Source: Marsupella aquatica | Lineage: Eukaryota; Plantae; Marchantiophyta | DNA length: 64,000 bases | Reading direction: 5' to 3' | Assembly (NCBI GenBank): GCA_973895155.1 | Contig: OZ316896.1 | Span: 15,872,576-15,936,575 of the forward strand | Part shown: positions 49,254 through 62,677 of the stretch, piece by piece | Position numbering within the stretch: the first letter of the stretch is position 1 | Layout of the letters: every line of letters starts with the position of its first letter | Translations under genes and position numbers: made by a program | Notes under the pieces: generated by a model | The model's database searches: none | What the model saw: only the letters and a program-made list of their open reading frames with translations | Told to the model about the DNA's origin: nothing

Positions 49254-52200
49254 TTTATCAACTCTTTCGATCCCTTCTCACCTGGTCTTTCAGATATCAA
49301 CAAACAACCACGAGCCGACTGAAAAATTGTCCAAATGAAACAGCTTTTCGGAGTTGGCCAATCTACTCTACCATAACCTTCTTGCTTACACTGTCATCTG
49401 CTCGATGATCTGTTTCGACTCTTCTCTTCTCTTCTCTTCTCTTCCCTGCCCGTAACAAAGGGTCAATCTCCCTACCTAATAAGGTGCAGTAAAGCCTACT
49501 CTGCCATTCATCTTTCTTTGTAAAGACCCCGTGTATCTTACTCCCACCTGTTCAACACAATCTTCAAGCTCCTATTTCGAGTTTCAAGATCATGCTCGTT
49601 TTACTCCTCTGATGAGTCCGAGCACACCGAGGTTCGAAGAGTCTACTCGACCCGAGCGACTCTCGATGTGATCTGCAGGTACGTAGATGGGTTGCGGCCC
49701 AATATTTGCGACAATAATGGCTGTCCAATCAACCAACCCAAGCAGCCGCCCCGACGTCACGACATTCGGTCAACAGCACACAATTCAGGATGACGGCAAG
49801 GCGAGCTCGTTCCAAAAACAGACTCGGGACCGACACAGACAGACCCCTCCTTCCTCCTTCCTCCTTCCTCTCTGCTCGGGAGCAACGAAATTAACCGAGT
49901 CCCAATCCAATGCCGCAACAGGGGAGACGAACCTGGCCTCCTCTTGAGCGTCTTGGCGAGCGACTGCACTGCGTCTGGAGTCTGAACGACCTCCGTTTGA
50001 GGCGACCTCGACGTCCATTCATTTGTTTATAGCTAGAGCGCCGAAAGATACTTTACTTGAGGTGGGGGTTGAATCGCACTCATACATTATCTGCCATGGG
50101 CCATTCATAATGTTCCGTATTCTGCTCGATAGCTCGCTCGCTCGCATTGGTGCAGAGCGCACTTTTCGTTGTCCGTCACGGACAAAAATTGGAAGGAAGA
50201 GGAAGCCTCTGGAGAGACCCAGTTATATTCCATTCGTTGCCTGCGTCACTCTGCAGTAGTCGTGTCGACGGTGGACCGTAGCTCTTGCCGTCCGAGTACT
50301 CAACGGTGCCCCGTTTGTCTCTTGTTAATTTGTCACTAACTTGTCCCCCTCCAATTTGGACACACTGTCCTGATTACCCAACAAAAGACTTGATGGCCCC
50401 CACCCTGAAGAAATCTCTCAACAATGTCTCTAATCACTTATCAAAATGTGATAATATAAGGTGTGCACTTATTGATTTAAAGAAAATAATGAAATTTATC
50501 ATGGTGTAGAAACATGTAATACACTATATATATTATATTTTGATATACAATTATAGCAGACATTGCAAATATGACAATATACATGTACTGAGTTACTCCC
50601 TACCATGATCAATTATTCATTTTAAATCAACGAGTGTTTTTCCATTGTATACATTATATTATCACCTGTAATTGTGCCATGAGACCCTTTTCAAAAGGGT
50701 TCCTGGCCCCCTCTCCCTGTAGTCTGACCCCCTTTGCTACTCCAGTCCTGACCCCCTTTGCTACTCCAGTCCATTTTGCAGGAGCCTGGTCAGGCTGACA
50801 GTGTGGGGCTGTCACAGGTGTGGTGGATTTCACGGTTATTAGCGGGATGCAAAAAACCTCCACTCTAACCATTCAGGCTGTGTCACTACCATCGGCCACT
50901 TCTTCAAACAAAAGATCATTTAGAACACCCTGCATGCAACATCAGTCTCTTGGACTCAGCAAGCTTTGTGTTCATCTTCACGGAGAACAATGAAGAGCCT
51001 TGCAGCTTCCCAGGTCGCAGTCTTAGCGAGAGGCTGATTTAGGAAGGGAGGGGAATCAGAGAGATTTTATGAAAAATTCAGGCCTTGTTTAATATGATTA
51101 ATGTGCATCCTGGGGCCTAATTGAATCTTTTTCTCAGGAACTCTTAGTTCTATTTCAACCACAAGTAATAGGGGGTGTCAAAACAGGGTCATAAGTGAGG
51201 TATGGTCAAGGATATAAACTGGTTTTATGGCGGGGGCAAAAATCTTACAAGCTACCTATATAGAGTTTAGGGCTATATAAGCGCCCAGTATGGGTCAGCA
51301 CCCAAATTAACCACAGCCATGAGACCTTCATTATGATAGTGCTGGACACATGCCCAACAACCTTGTGGTGGACTTCAATCCTAGCCATCAGATTGTCAGA
51401 CATCTGGCAAATGGAGCTAAAACTCAAGGCAGAGTTCAGTGAATTTGGTTCATTTTTCTCATCATTTCCTTGCTCATTTGCCAATCCCCGAAGGTGGTAC
51501 AATTTTGGCAAGCTTTATGGAAAAGGACCAAAAGGCATCACCTGTTGTTGTAGCTTTGTAGATATTCTTGGTAATTTTGATTGTTAAAACTCTTTCAGGA
51601 AGGAGGTACTCAGAGTGCTGCGGTTGGGGCATGGAGCACGGGATCCCTGTATCTATACTAAAATTGATGATAAAAAATTTACCATTCATGACCTACTCCA
51701 TAGGATGAAGTCATGGGCTGTAATTTATCTGATAACAGATAAATTGATTAGGGATTAGGGACAGGCCGTGGGGAGTTTAGGTACAGCAAGCCCTTCTTTG
51801 GCAAATGCACAAGTGTGTGGGCTTGTTTGGGTAATTGTGTATCCTTATAATTGTGTTCCTTCCCAGGGATTGGGAATATTCAGCATCTTTTTGAATGGAT
51901 TGTGCTCATCGGAGGTAAACTAATAACCAGAGGTAGCCAAGGGGGAGGCCCAAAATATGTACACCTCCAATTTTGCCACTTTAAACCCTCTCATTGAACT
52001 TTCTTGGAGATTTGGCTCAATCTTGTAGAGTGGAGAGTTTGTGCTTTGACTTCAGTACTTTCCAAATGATTGGGATTGAAAGAGGTTTCTGTGATGCTTC
52101 CACACATTTTAGGCGTACATATGTACTGTAGTATTTCATTTGTTAAGAACTCCTTTTTAAATCCATATCTTTGTGTCAATCAACCCACAAGAGGAGCCAT

Positions 52201-52316
52201 TTGGTAAGGGCTTGGCTCGATACTTTTGTCCTCTATTTGGGGTTTTTTTTAGAAGGAGCTTTCCTTGAAGCTTCCCCATTATTGTATCCATGATCATCTC
52301 TGGTCATGGAGAAGTA

Positions 52317-52698
52317 CACTGTTCACCATAATTAGTGTGATTAACACTAATTTGAGAGCGCCCATTTTCAGGGTCTATTCTTGAATTAGTGTTAGTCACA
52401 CTAATTTTGTGCTAACACTATATTCGCGCACATGAATAAGTGTTACTATGGTCTTAAAAGTGGCAAAATACAAAGGAAAAAACTATTTTAAAAAATCCAC
52501 AATAATTAGTGTTACTTTGGACTAGAGATCATCCATTTTTTACAAGCAATTTAAACTAAACTGAAAAAAATTCATTTTGAAAACCGATAAAAATTAGTGT
52601 TACTTGGACTCAAAATCATTTTTACCAAAATTAGTGTTAGTAACACTAATTTTATACTAACACTAATTTTTGCATAACATTAATTACGGTGAACAATG
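52317..52698. mobile_element. MITE, Tc1/mariner-type (TA TSD), 382 bp
   Basis: TA|CACTGTTCACCATAATTAGTGT ... ACATTAATTACGGTGAACAATG|TA (22-bp TIR, 3 mismatches); internal AATTAGTGTTA repeats in both orientations. Confidence 0.85.
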
Positions 52699-54345
52699 TA
52701 GTTGTTACAATTTACTGCTAAATTTGATTTAAAGCTTGAGGGTCAACACAGAGGAGGGATACTAAGTGGAATTTGTCTAAATGCCCTATAATGAACAGCC
52801 ACAGCCATCTGGAGAATAATGAATGCCTGAGTCTTGGTAGTGCAACATATACCTCCTATTTAAAGACGACAATCAACACAAAAACTGGTGGATAAGGTTA
52901 TCTTCTGTTCAAAAGATTGCACATACTCGAAAATGGTACTAAAAATCGCAGCTCTTGACAATGCAGAACTCAGATTATGTTGCCTTGTAATCCTTAAGGT
53001 AAGCTACTAAACTTAGGGTATATAGTCACTAGTGACTACAGTCCATTGCACAGCAATTATGCATTGACCTATATAGTGAGTTACCCCCTGCTTGCTGGAC
53101 CGTTACCCTACATTCGCGATCTCAAATTCAGGTGCGTGCACCTGTATTTTCTTTATTGTTTCACCTGCTGCTGAGTGTGAATGCCAAGTTTTCAGAAACG
53201 ACCAGCCGACTCCTTCAGAGGGGCAACGCATTGTAATAATAAGTTGACTTTCCCTATGTGCGCACCCAAATACTGCCGTGTGAGAAAATGTTAAAAATAA
53301 AGTGTACTTGTGTACCTTCACCGAGTCCACTCGACAATGTTAGTTTTAGTAGGTGATAAATTCAGCTCCTGCCCGAGGGCAACAGTGAAAGACAAACATT
53401 TCCGGTTGGGAAGAACGAAAACCTTTATTATCTGCCTCTTCCCGGTATCCACTTCCGAGTGAGGATTACGGAATAATTTTTCAGAATCTTTAATTTGCTT
53501 GGAGAATCATCTCAAAAAATGTTTTAATATAGGATAATGCCTGTAACTAAAACATTAATATCCGTAAAAACTTGAGTGATTTTTTGGTAACAAACAAGAA
53601 AAAGTGAATCCCTAAAATAATACATTCAAATATACAAAGAGAAAAGTCACTAAAGTCGTAGTGGGGTGATTCACTTTTGGGGACTTTAGGATGCTGCGAG
53701 GCAAGCACATTGCACCTTCATTATGTCAACCAGGGTGCTTTCATATGACCTCTTTCCACATTGACAACCTGGAAGTACATCTAACACTTCTGCTTCAACC
53801 ACATCCCTTTTTCTATAACACTATTGCCTTGACAACAAATGGCTTTGATTAGTTTTGTTCTGATCACTTTCTGCATTGACAACAAAACCACAACAACATT
53901 TCCAGTCTCCACAACATTACGGGTTCAATCACACTTCTGGGTTCAATCACACTTCTATTTTGAGCAGCATTGTATACATCAAACTATAAATAAAAGAACA
54001 GCATCATCCTTTCTCAACACTTTATATATATACATTTGCTTTAGTTGAATTCTTGCCCCCATTTTGAGATAATCGCACAACCCAAGAAAATGAGAGAATA
54101 AATCAGAAGACTCACGCAAATTCACTCCAAAAGCTAGTTTGTAATGCTGTTCTTTTATTTATAGTTTATATGAATTGCATTCCCTACACTTTATATATAG
54201 GGAAAACTATATAGGGAATGCAATTCATATGAACACGTAATAGAGAGGTGGAGTGTAGTGGATAATAGTGGTACAGGAAATTCAAGTTATGTACAATCCT
54301 ACACTCAATCACTAATGGGTATGACTGTTATGTAGAGAATAAGAT

Positions 54346-55796
54346 AGTGGTGAACCTTGCCACCCAGCGCCCTCACCAATCCCGGCACTCACGCCTAAGT
54401 GCCCTTGGTGCCCGAACGCCTCCACGGAATACCTCGAGCAAGCCCCCTGTGCCCCTTGTGCCACCAGCAACCCCTCCCATACAAAGCCGCACTTGCTCTC
54501 CTACACGACCGCTATTCAACGGTCCTCACTGTCTGCACAAACAACCAAGCACCTCGATAAGTACCCCTTCAGGATCTAGAACTCGCCAAGTCTAGCATCC
54601 TACTCAAGCTCAACAGACATTGGTGGTCAGCGATAGGTCCTCCCGGTTCCATAAGCCGGAACTAGAACCCACGCCCACTGTTCGTCCAGAACAGCTCCTT
54701 CCTTGGATGCGGCCCGGGTTCCCCCTCGTACCTATCCATCACCAACTGACCGCCCTGACCTCAGGACATGCTCATGGCCCAAATAGCGTAGCTTGTCCTA
54801 AAGCTTGTCCCAACACGCGCGGGACCAGAATGGCCCCGACTCTAGCAACCAACACCCGGTTTGCCTCTCTGATGGTCTCGGGGCCGAGCACCCTTGGAAC
54901 TCATCCTCCACCCCTACTTGGCCTTGCCTCCCCAACGCAAGCTCCCTTGGGAGACTGAACGCGGCTTGGCTGCTATTTCGTAGGATTTGGCAAGCGGGCG
55001 AGCTAACACCCGCCAACCACGAGAACCCATGGCACCCCCATACCCAGATGAGCTGAGGACCTCAAGAGCTTTCCAATGCACCCAAGAAGTCCGTTGGGGA
55101 GATATCGCCATTTCCGTTTGGCGATTTCCCTTAGTGTCGCGACTGCCGCGGCTCACGACTTCGGCTCGCCGTTAGCCCCCACGGAGACACCACTCCCCTC
55201 ATATATGCTTCTGGAGACCTGTCACCCCGGACCAGCTTTGGTCCCTAACCATTTGGCCCTCAACCCGGATCCCATCGCGCATAATGGGCGTGCCACCAAC
55301 TGGCAACGCCCATAACTTTCTTGATAGGCATCCGCAAGCGGAGTGCCTTAGCCCGTTGTGATCGGGTCAACCCGGTGCTCATGTCTAGGCCCTCAGGTCT
55401 GATCGCCGCTCAGGGCCCCCAACCGGCCCAACCCGGATCGGGCCATAACTTGCGCCCCAAGCGTCCGTTGCCAATGGCGTCAACTCCAGTGGCCTTGGGC
55501 CCAAGAGGAGCTCACACTCAAGCCCTCAGAACTCAAAGTCCATCCAGAGGTCCGAACGGCCCTCCTCGAGCCCGACCCATTTTCCCCTTGACCCGACCAA
55601 CTATCGGCTAGTCCAAGTCCTTAGTGTGTGTGCCCAGCTTGGCTCCTTGCCTCACTAGTGCCACGCCTCGTTGCCCACAAGTCTCCCTATGCTAAGTCTT
55701 CCCCAGATGGCCTATCCGGGCCTAGACCATAAGGGAGCTCGACGTCGGAGTCAGCGACGCCGGAGCTAAGTGTTAATGTAGTCGAGTTCCGCGACT
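54346..55796. mobile_element. AGT...ACT element copy C (1451 bp, uninterrupted)
   Basis: Starts AGTGGTGAACC, ends GTTCCGCGACT; perfect 5-bp TSD AAGAT (54341-54345 / 55797-55801). Confidence 0.92.
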
Positions 55797-56734
55797 AAGA
55801 TGGATGACCAATGAAGGTAATATGTTTTTCTTTTTTGGAAAGGTTTTACCTTTACCTTTTCCATTTTCCATTTTAAAGTTTTTTTGCAAAGAGAGGAGAC
55901 AATTTGGGGGTTCGTTGTTATTTTATGCTTTAGGAGACTAGATTTGTTTTTTGGTTGGTTATTGTGTGGCAGGGATTTCATTACTTTAGGAAAGAGAGGG
56001 GAAGCTTTTTTTTCTCAGTGAATTTTTTTTGTGCAACTACAATTTTTGACAAGGTTATCTTTTATGCAATGAAAGTTTTAATGCAAGAAAATCTTTTGTG
56101 GCATTATCTCTTTTATGCAACAATTTCTTTTTTTCACATGTTATTTTGTACAATGACATCAATTTAGTGATTAATCTGTTGGTATAGCAAAATCTTGTTC
56201 GCAATGACATGTTCTAAGTGTGACTATCATAACATCTTTTGCTAGCAGCATTGTTTTAGTAATGACATATCCTAAGTATTGACATCTCCTGTGTAATCGT
56301 CTATGTAAAAAAGAAGATATTCACATCTTATGTGTAATGCGCTTGTATTGAACTACAAATCTTATTATAAAAATACCAAAAAAAATCTCCTCTTAAGGGT
56401 CTAGGGTGAAGCCTCTAGACCATAACACTCAATAAAGACAAAAGTGATCATGAGTCTCAATAAAAAAACTTTAAATAAAAATTTTAAATGAGGCTAGACA
56501 AAAAATATTGATTTTAAATAAAGATAAAATTGAAATGAGAGTAGAAAAAAAACAAGGATAGATCTTGTATATAGAAATTTTATTATATAAGATTATTTTT
56601 TATTCATATCTATTTATGTTCAAGTAAGGGATAATGGGGTTAGTTACATAAATTAAAAAACTCTTGAGTAAAACACAAAGTGCACTTGAACCTTCACCGA
56701 ATGTACTTGAAACCGTTTATATTTCTATATAACA

Positions 56735-58371
56735 CTAGCTCAATACCTGTGCGTTGCACAAAAGTAGTCGTGTCGGCCAAGATGTCATTGAGAAAAATGA
56801 TGTAGTGTCAGCCAAGAGGTCATGGAGAAAAAAGATGTAGTGTTGCCTAGGAGGTCGTGGAGAGAAAAGATGTCGTGTTGCCCAAGAGGTTGTGGAGAGA
56901 AAAGATGTCGTGTTGCCCAAGAGGACGTTGAGAGAAACGATGTCATGTCGCCCAAGAGGTCGTTGAGAGTAAAGATGTCGTGTCGCCCAAGAGGTCATTG
57001 AGAGAAAAGAAGTTGTGTTGGTCAAGATGTCGTTGAGAAAAAAAGATGTTGTATTGGCCAAGAGGTCGTTGAAAGAAAATATGTAGTGTCAACCAAGAGG
57101 TTGTGGAGAAAAAAGATGTCGTGTTGACCAAGAGATCATTGAACAAAAAAATGTCATGTCGGCCAAGAAGTCGTTGAGAAAAAAGATGTTGTGTCGGCCA
57201 AGATGTCGTTGAGAAAAAATTGTCATGTTGGCGAAGATGTTGAGAAAAAAACGTCATGTCGGCCAAGACATCGTTCACGGAAAATACCTGTGCGTTGCAC
57301 AAAAGATGTTGTTAAGAAATAAGATGTCGTGTTGCCCAAGATGTTGTTAAGTGAAAGATGTCACAAAGTAAAAAGATGTCTTAAGAAAAAGTAGTTTTGC
57401 CAAACATGCCATTGTGTGAAAGATGTTATTAAGAAAAATGTGTCATTTTGCCAAAGATATTGTGAAGTAAAAGATGTTAAAAGAAAAATGGTGTTATTTC
57501 ACCCAAGCTATGTTCTGTGAAAGATGTTATGAAATAAAAAATCAAGGAAACTAAGAAGGAGTGAGTCTTTTTCTTTGTTTTGTTTTTTTAACCCAAAATG
57601 CCCATGCATTTGAATGGCGACCACTATAAATTGGAGCAACGTTATATTATTGGTTTCAGATTTAGTGTTTTAGGGTTTAGCAAAGATGACTATTCTCTCA
57701 ATATACTTTCAATTCCAGTGCGTTGCATAATAGATGTTGTTTGGTTAAAGATGTTGTTGAAAAATAGATCGTACGTGGTGCAACAGATAATCGTTGAATA
57801 AAAATAATAATTGTTAAAATACATTATTACACAAAAACTTTTGTTGAGTGAAAGATATCATTGTGCAAAATAGAAATTGGGGTCCATGCAAGATAACTAA
57901 AAATTAACTAATTTTCAAAGAGTTAAATCTCCTTTTTAAGAGCAAAAGCCAAAATAATATAATGTCAACCTACTCTCTTCCCCTTAGTGCTAGCTCCCTA
58001 CCAAAACCATTATCTCAAGTAAATCTTTTCACTTTCATGCCCCATGCCAAATGTACTCTAAATTAATAGACCATAAAATAATATATTTACACTTTAATGC
58101 TCCATGCCAAAAAATATTATACGCAAGTTACAAAATAATTACAGTAGCACATGCAAGTACTCTATGATATATTATATCTACCTTGTATTATAACTTACAT
58201 ACCTACCTTGTACTATAACTTACGGCCAATTTTAGGTTCCCATCTCACTCAATCCAAGAGCCATAAATAATTCAAGAAAATATCTGATGGCTTAGCTTTG
58301 TTCCCTCCTTTTTCATTTTTGTAACGGGACGAAGGACTAAAACTGGCGGGATTCATTATTATAGTAGAAGA
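56735..58371 (-). mobile_element. Non-autonomous Helitron (family A 3' end with family B-like 5' end), with expanded ~35-bp internal minisatellite
   Basis: Minus strand reads A|TCTTCTACTATAATAATGAATCC... (58371) to ...gtgcaacgcacaggtattgagCTAG|T (56735). Array of aaagatgtcgtgt(t/c)g(c/g)ccaagaggtcgttgaga at 56760-57300. Confidence 0.75.
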
Positions 58372-58619
58372 TTTACTTTCAAGACTAAAGAAAACATTTT
58401 GGGCAGGAGGGAGTCACCTTATATACTTCCAGGTGAAGATCATTAACTCCTATAATAAAGGGTTGCGCCATTTTTTAAGTGATCTTCATTCAAATTTGCA
58501 TGACACAAAAAATGAGAAATCTTGTCAAAGCCAAGAAAGAAGCCAAACAGTGATTTTACTTTAGAGTGAAAAGAAAAGAATCACACCATCATTTTCTGCG
58601 AGGAGATTGGGAACAGTTT

Positions 58620-60742
58620 CAGGAAGAGTACTTTCTTCGAGCCCGTTCCTTTACCGCCTGAGCTTTGTCTGACCCAACTCGCCACTCTCATCTTCCAGAG
58701 CATCGACGCCTTCGTCGCTCTTGTCGTTTAGCCCAGGCTGCGTGGGGAATATCATCGTGCTTTCCAGGCCCTTTCCCCCACCACACCCGCCCCCCTGGTG
58801 AGGTCACCTTGACGGCCCTTCAGGATCTCCATCCGTAGTCCTATGATCAGCTCCCTTTGTTCGTGGAGGATTTTGAGCCTGAGGAGGATCTTCAGTTTAG
58901 TAGAGACCACTTCACCTATGTCTTCCTCCATTCCCCGCGTTGCGCGGCTGGTGGCCCCTTTGATTATGTCTTTGAGCATTTTCGTGATTTATTCCCCCCA
59001 AGGATCCTCAGTCTGGTTTTCCAGTTTTCTTCTCCTTCTGCCAGTGTATTGCATCCGACCGTTTGCCTCCTCTTGTCTCTCGACTTTTGAGTGCTTCTCG
59101 TTTATTGGCCATGGCTAAGTCCTCACCGGGTGTTCGGCCCATAGTTATTGGAGAGGTTTTTCTTTGTCTTGTTTCTCGCACACTTTCATTGCAATATCAC
59201 TTTGCACTTTCGGATCATCTCTCTTCACATCAGTTTGCATAGGGTGTTCCCGGCGGTTGTGAGACAGTTATTGCGGGTATTCGTCCTACCTTGGACCCCG
59301 CCTTGGACCTCCACCCTGATTGGGTTGTCCTCCAAGTTGATGTCTCTAACGCTTTCAATACGGTTTCTCGGGCAACCATTTTTTGTGCTTTGAGGGCGGC
59401 CGATCTAGACATCCAGTCCATTGAGTGCCTTGCACCTTTGGCCTTTTTGGGCGCGTGGGCGGTCGCCTTCTCATTGTTGGCAGATTGTTTCCTTACTGAG
59501 GATTGACCTTTTTTACTTTCATCTCTTATGGAGGTAGAGGACGGCTCCCTCCCATTTCAGGTTCATTTGCGCGCAACGTGTTCATCATTACCAGATCCGG
59601 TCCGTGTTGCGTTACCTTCATTTCATGAGTTTTTATCCTTGGACCCCCTCCGTCTTCAGGCAGACCTTGTTGGGTGTATGCATGCTTTCACCCTCTCCAG
59701 CATCCTCACTGAGGCACCTGACACAGACCGAGCTCAAATTCTTTCTTCTAGAGGGAAGGGCGCAGGGGGTTGGCTTCAGGCCAATCCAGTCATTCCTCAT
59801 TTGCGGATGTCTTCAGCAAAGTTCTCAACAGCCATGCGTCTTTGTATGGGGCTGCCCCACCCACTTCTTGCTGGTTTACCTCCCTCTTGCACTTGTGGGA
59901 AGCCTTGTGATGCCACAGGTGTCCATCTTCTTCGGTGCAGTTTTGGCGGCGAAACCATTTTTTTTCATGATGTGGTGAGAGATGCAACTGCTCAGGTTCT
60001 CTCTAGCTCTTTGTTCAGCGTGCGGCGGGAGGTGGTGCTCGAGTTACCTGGTCCTCCATCACAGCGGTTACGGGTGGATCTTACCATGGTCCGTGAGGGT
60101 CAACGTACTTTGGCACATGTGGTAGTGGCAAACCCATTGCGCCAAGACATCATTGGGTCAGCGGCAACAACGGCAGGGGCAACGGCATCACGAGTGGCAA
60201 CAACAAAGGAGGCAAATATGCTGCCCAAGCTTCATCTAATAGCTTTCTCCCCCTTGCTCTTGAGATATTTGGGCATCTTCACCATCAATTTGACGGGCTT
60301 CTTTGACAAGCTGCTCGAGATGTTCATGGCCGGTTGGGTCCCACCGGACCCCCGCTATCTGTTTTGACCACGCACTTTCGCCAATGCATTTCAGTCACCT
60401 TACAATGTGCTCAAGCTCGGGCCATCCATCGTCGATCTCTGACAGTGGGTACTAGTGTGCCTCCGCAGCGGCTAGCCCCCCTAGAGGACATTTCAGTCCC
60501 ACTTGCCAATTTAGTTTTGACACTTGATGTGGACCTTGAGCTATTAGCCACACTAGCTAGGAATGATAAGGACCTCGGTCCATTTGCGGTTGTTTTAGTT
60601 CCCCTTTCTTGGTTCTTAGAGGTTTCCTTTCACTCACTTCTTTCCATTTGGTTTTGCCCACTTGGGACCTCTTTTGGTTATTCTTTTGTATTCTGTTTGG
60701 CCCTTTTCTGTAAAAAGTTTGTGTATAAAAACAATTAAAAAA
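58620..60742 (+). mobile_element. Degenerate CRE-like non-LTR retrotransposon (RT fragment plus C-terminal zinc knuckle and restriction-like endonuclease), internally deleted
   Basis: RT N-part GVRPIVIGEVF, HQFA*GVPGGCETVI, VVLQVDVSNAFNTVSR; then APLAFLGAW, GAGGWLQANP, MRLCMGLP, CTCGKPCDATGVHLLRC, HDVVRD, RVDLTMVREGQRTLAHVVV, ISVTLQCAQARAI. Frameshifts and stops; A-rich 3' end at ~60727-60742. Confidence 0.8.
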
Positions 60743-60940
60743 TTGTTAGGGGAGAGAATCAAATGAGAGAAACAGAAACAAGGTACTATTGTCACACATT
60801 GCACCAGGATGTTCCTTCCATGATCAGTACTCTACATACTCTCAATAGGGTGTACATATTCAATGAATAAAATTGCATAGTTTCGTCTAATATTTGGAGG
60901 AGTCAAATTGTAGATACTACTTTAGTCAATAAGTGCACTA

Positions 60941-61546
60941 TCTATACTAATCAAATTAAAAACTATTATTCCAATATTTGGGGTGATTTTATATATTTGT
61001 TTTTTTGTGTCATTTTCACTGAAAAAAACAAAACAAAATACCTAAAGACATAGTAAAGATCATGGTATGGGCCTTGATGACAAGGTCTCGGGAAAGGGGC
61101 ACACTTTTACCTGACAACATCTTTTTACTTCAGAGTATCTTTCACATAACCCTTTTGGGGCCACTACATCATTTAACTTGATGACATCTTTCATATAACC
61201 ACATCTTTGGTAAAATAACTTATTTTTGTTAACAACATCTTTTTCTTGACAACATCATTTTAGTTGATGACATCTTTCACATAACCACATCTTTGACAAT
61301 ATGACTTCTTTTTTCTTAACGTTATCTTTTTACTTGACAATGTCTTTCACATAATGACATCTTCGGCAAAATGACTTTTTCTTCTTAACAACACCTTTTC
61401 ACTTCACGACATGTTTCACATAATGACATCTTGGATCTCACAACTTTGTTTTTCTTAATGACATCTTTTTTCTTCATGACATTTTTCACATAACAACATC
61501 TTGGGTATCAGGACACCTTTTGTGTAAGGCACGGGTATTGAGCTAG
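60941..61546 (+). mobile_element. Non-autonomous Helitron (family A), 606 bp
   Basis: A|TCTATACTAATC ... gtgtaaggcacgggtattgagCTAG|T; inserted between A and T, no TSD; ACATCTT repeats shared with 26816-28833 and 56735-57500. Confidence 0.85.
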
Positions 61547-61933
61547 TTCTTTATGATTGTTTTCAGTATTTCAATCTGCAAGCAGAGAATCTTTCCTTCT
61601 GCTGTAAACATCAATGTATCCTTCACATATGATACCTCTATGGTCTGGTATATTTCTGCAAAATACCTTATTTTGTATTGTAACACTTTTACCAGGTCAA
61701 TAGTAATATGCATTAGCGGTACTGACCACTTTTTTGTCCAAAGGTAGACTGGCGGTTAGCGTTTTATGAGCATAACTAGCCCAATGCCCCTGCATTGCAT
61801 GAAAGATGTCCAGGTGATAAAAAGATGTTGAGTTGATAAAAGATGTGGAGAGAAAAAGATATTGAGATGATATGTCAAGTTAATTGCACAGAAGCTTTAA
61901 GGCAGGATAACTTTTTATAATGTTTGATTTGTA

Positions 61934-62677
61934 TCTACAACTATAATAAAGGATCCAGCCTCTTTTTGTCTTTTGTCCCAATACAAAAAAGCTCTTGGGC
62001 GGGAAAGATCCATAGCCATTGGATTCAATTCGTTGTTTTCCCTGACCATTGATAGATGAAATGTGCTTCCCGCTGCCCCATAAATGCCCAGGCCCGACTC
62101 CCTATGGGCCGACCCTCCTTGCACAGTGCAATGTACTGGCATAGGGCTCATATTTGTATAAATAAACCCTTTCCCTGTGCACTACACAATTGTCATTACA
62201 GCCATTTTATTATTGCAACAATTTCATTGTTGCAATCAACTATCATTGTGACCATTTCATTGTTGTGGCCATTTTATGTTTGGGGCCATTGTGTCCTTGG
62301 TCAATATGGTTTGCAAAAAAGAATTTAGGATTTAGTGTTAATGTAAGTTGGAAGAAATACTTCAGAGAGAGAACAGAAAAAGTAAGAACTTTAGTTCTCC
62401 CCTCAATAGCTTTTTCTCCACTTCCTATAAATCATGTATTGTCAACTCAAAACTCTAATTTGTATTGTTGTTTTTCTAAAAGTTTACTTTAGGTGAATGG
62501 GGCAAACATGTGTCCAAAAGTAATGTGGGGTCTACTTAGATTTTCTTGTTAGACCCACCTACCCAGCCATATGTCAACTCACATTTAATTTCTAATCATC
62601 TTGATATTAGAATCATTTTATGTATATTAGTGCCATAGTCTAGGTGTGAGTGGAAGCGCATGTGTGCCCCAAACTAG
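61934..62677 (+). mobile_element. Non-autonomous Helitron (family B), ~744 bp
   Basis: A|TCTACAACTATAATAAAGGATCC ... gcgcatgtgtgccccaaaCTAG|T; 5' end resembles the reverse complement of 58320-58371. Confidence 0.7.

Noticed and set aside
47148-49338. Multiple overlapping and antisense ORFs over the GRAS gene (similarly over CDC73)
   Set aside because: Shadow ORFs of long coding sequences with no recognisable motifs.
56760-57300. Regular ~35-bp repeats superficially resembling a CRISPR array
   Set aside because: Units are contiguous and degenerate with no unique spacers and no cas genes; they lie inside a Helitron in a eukaryotic genome.
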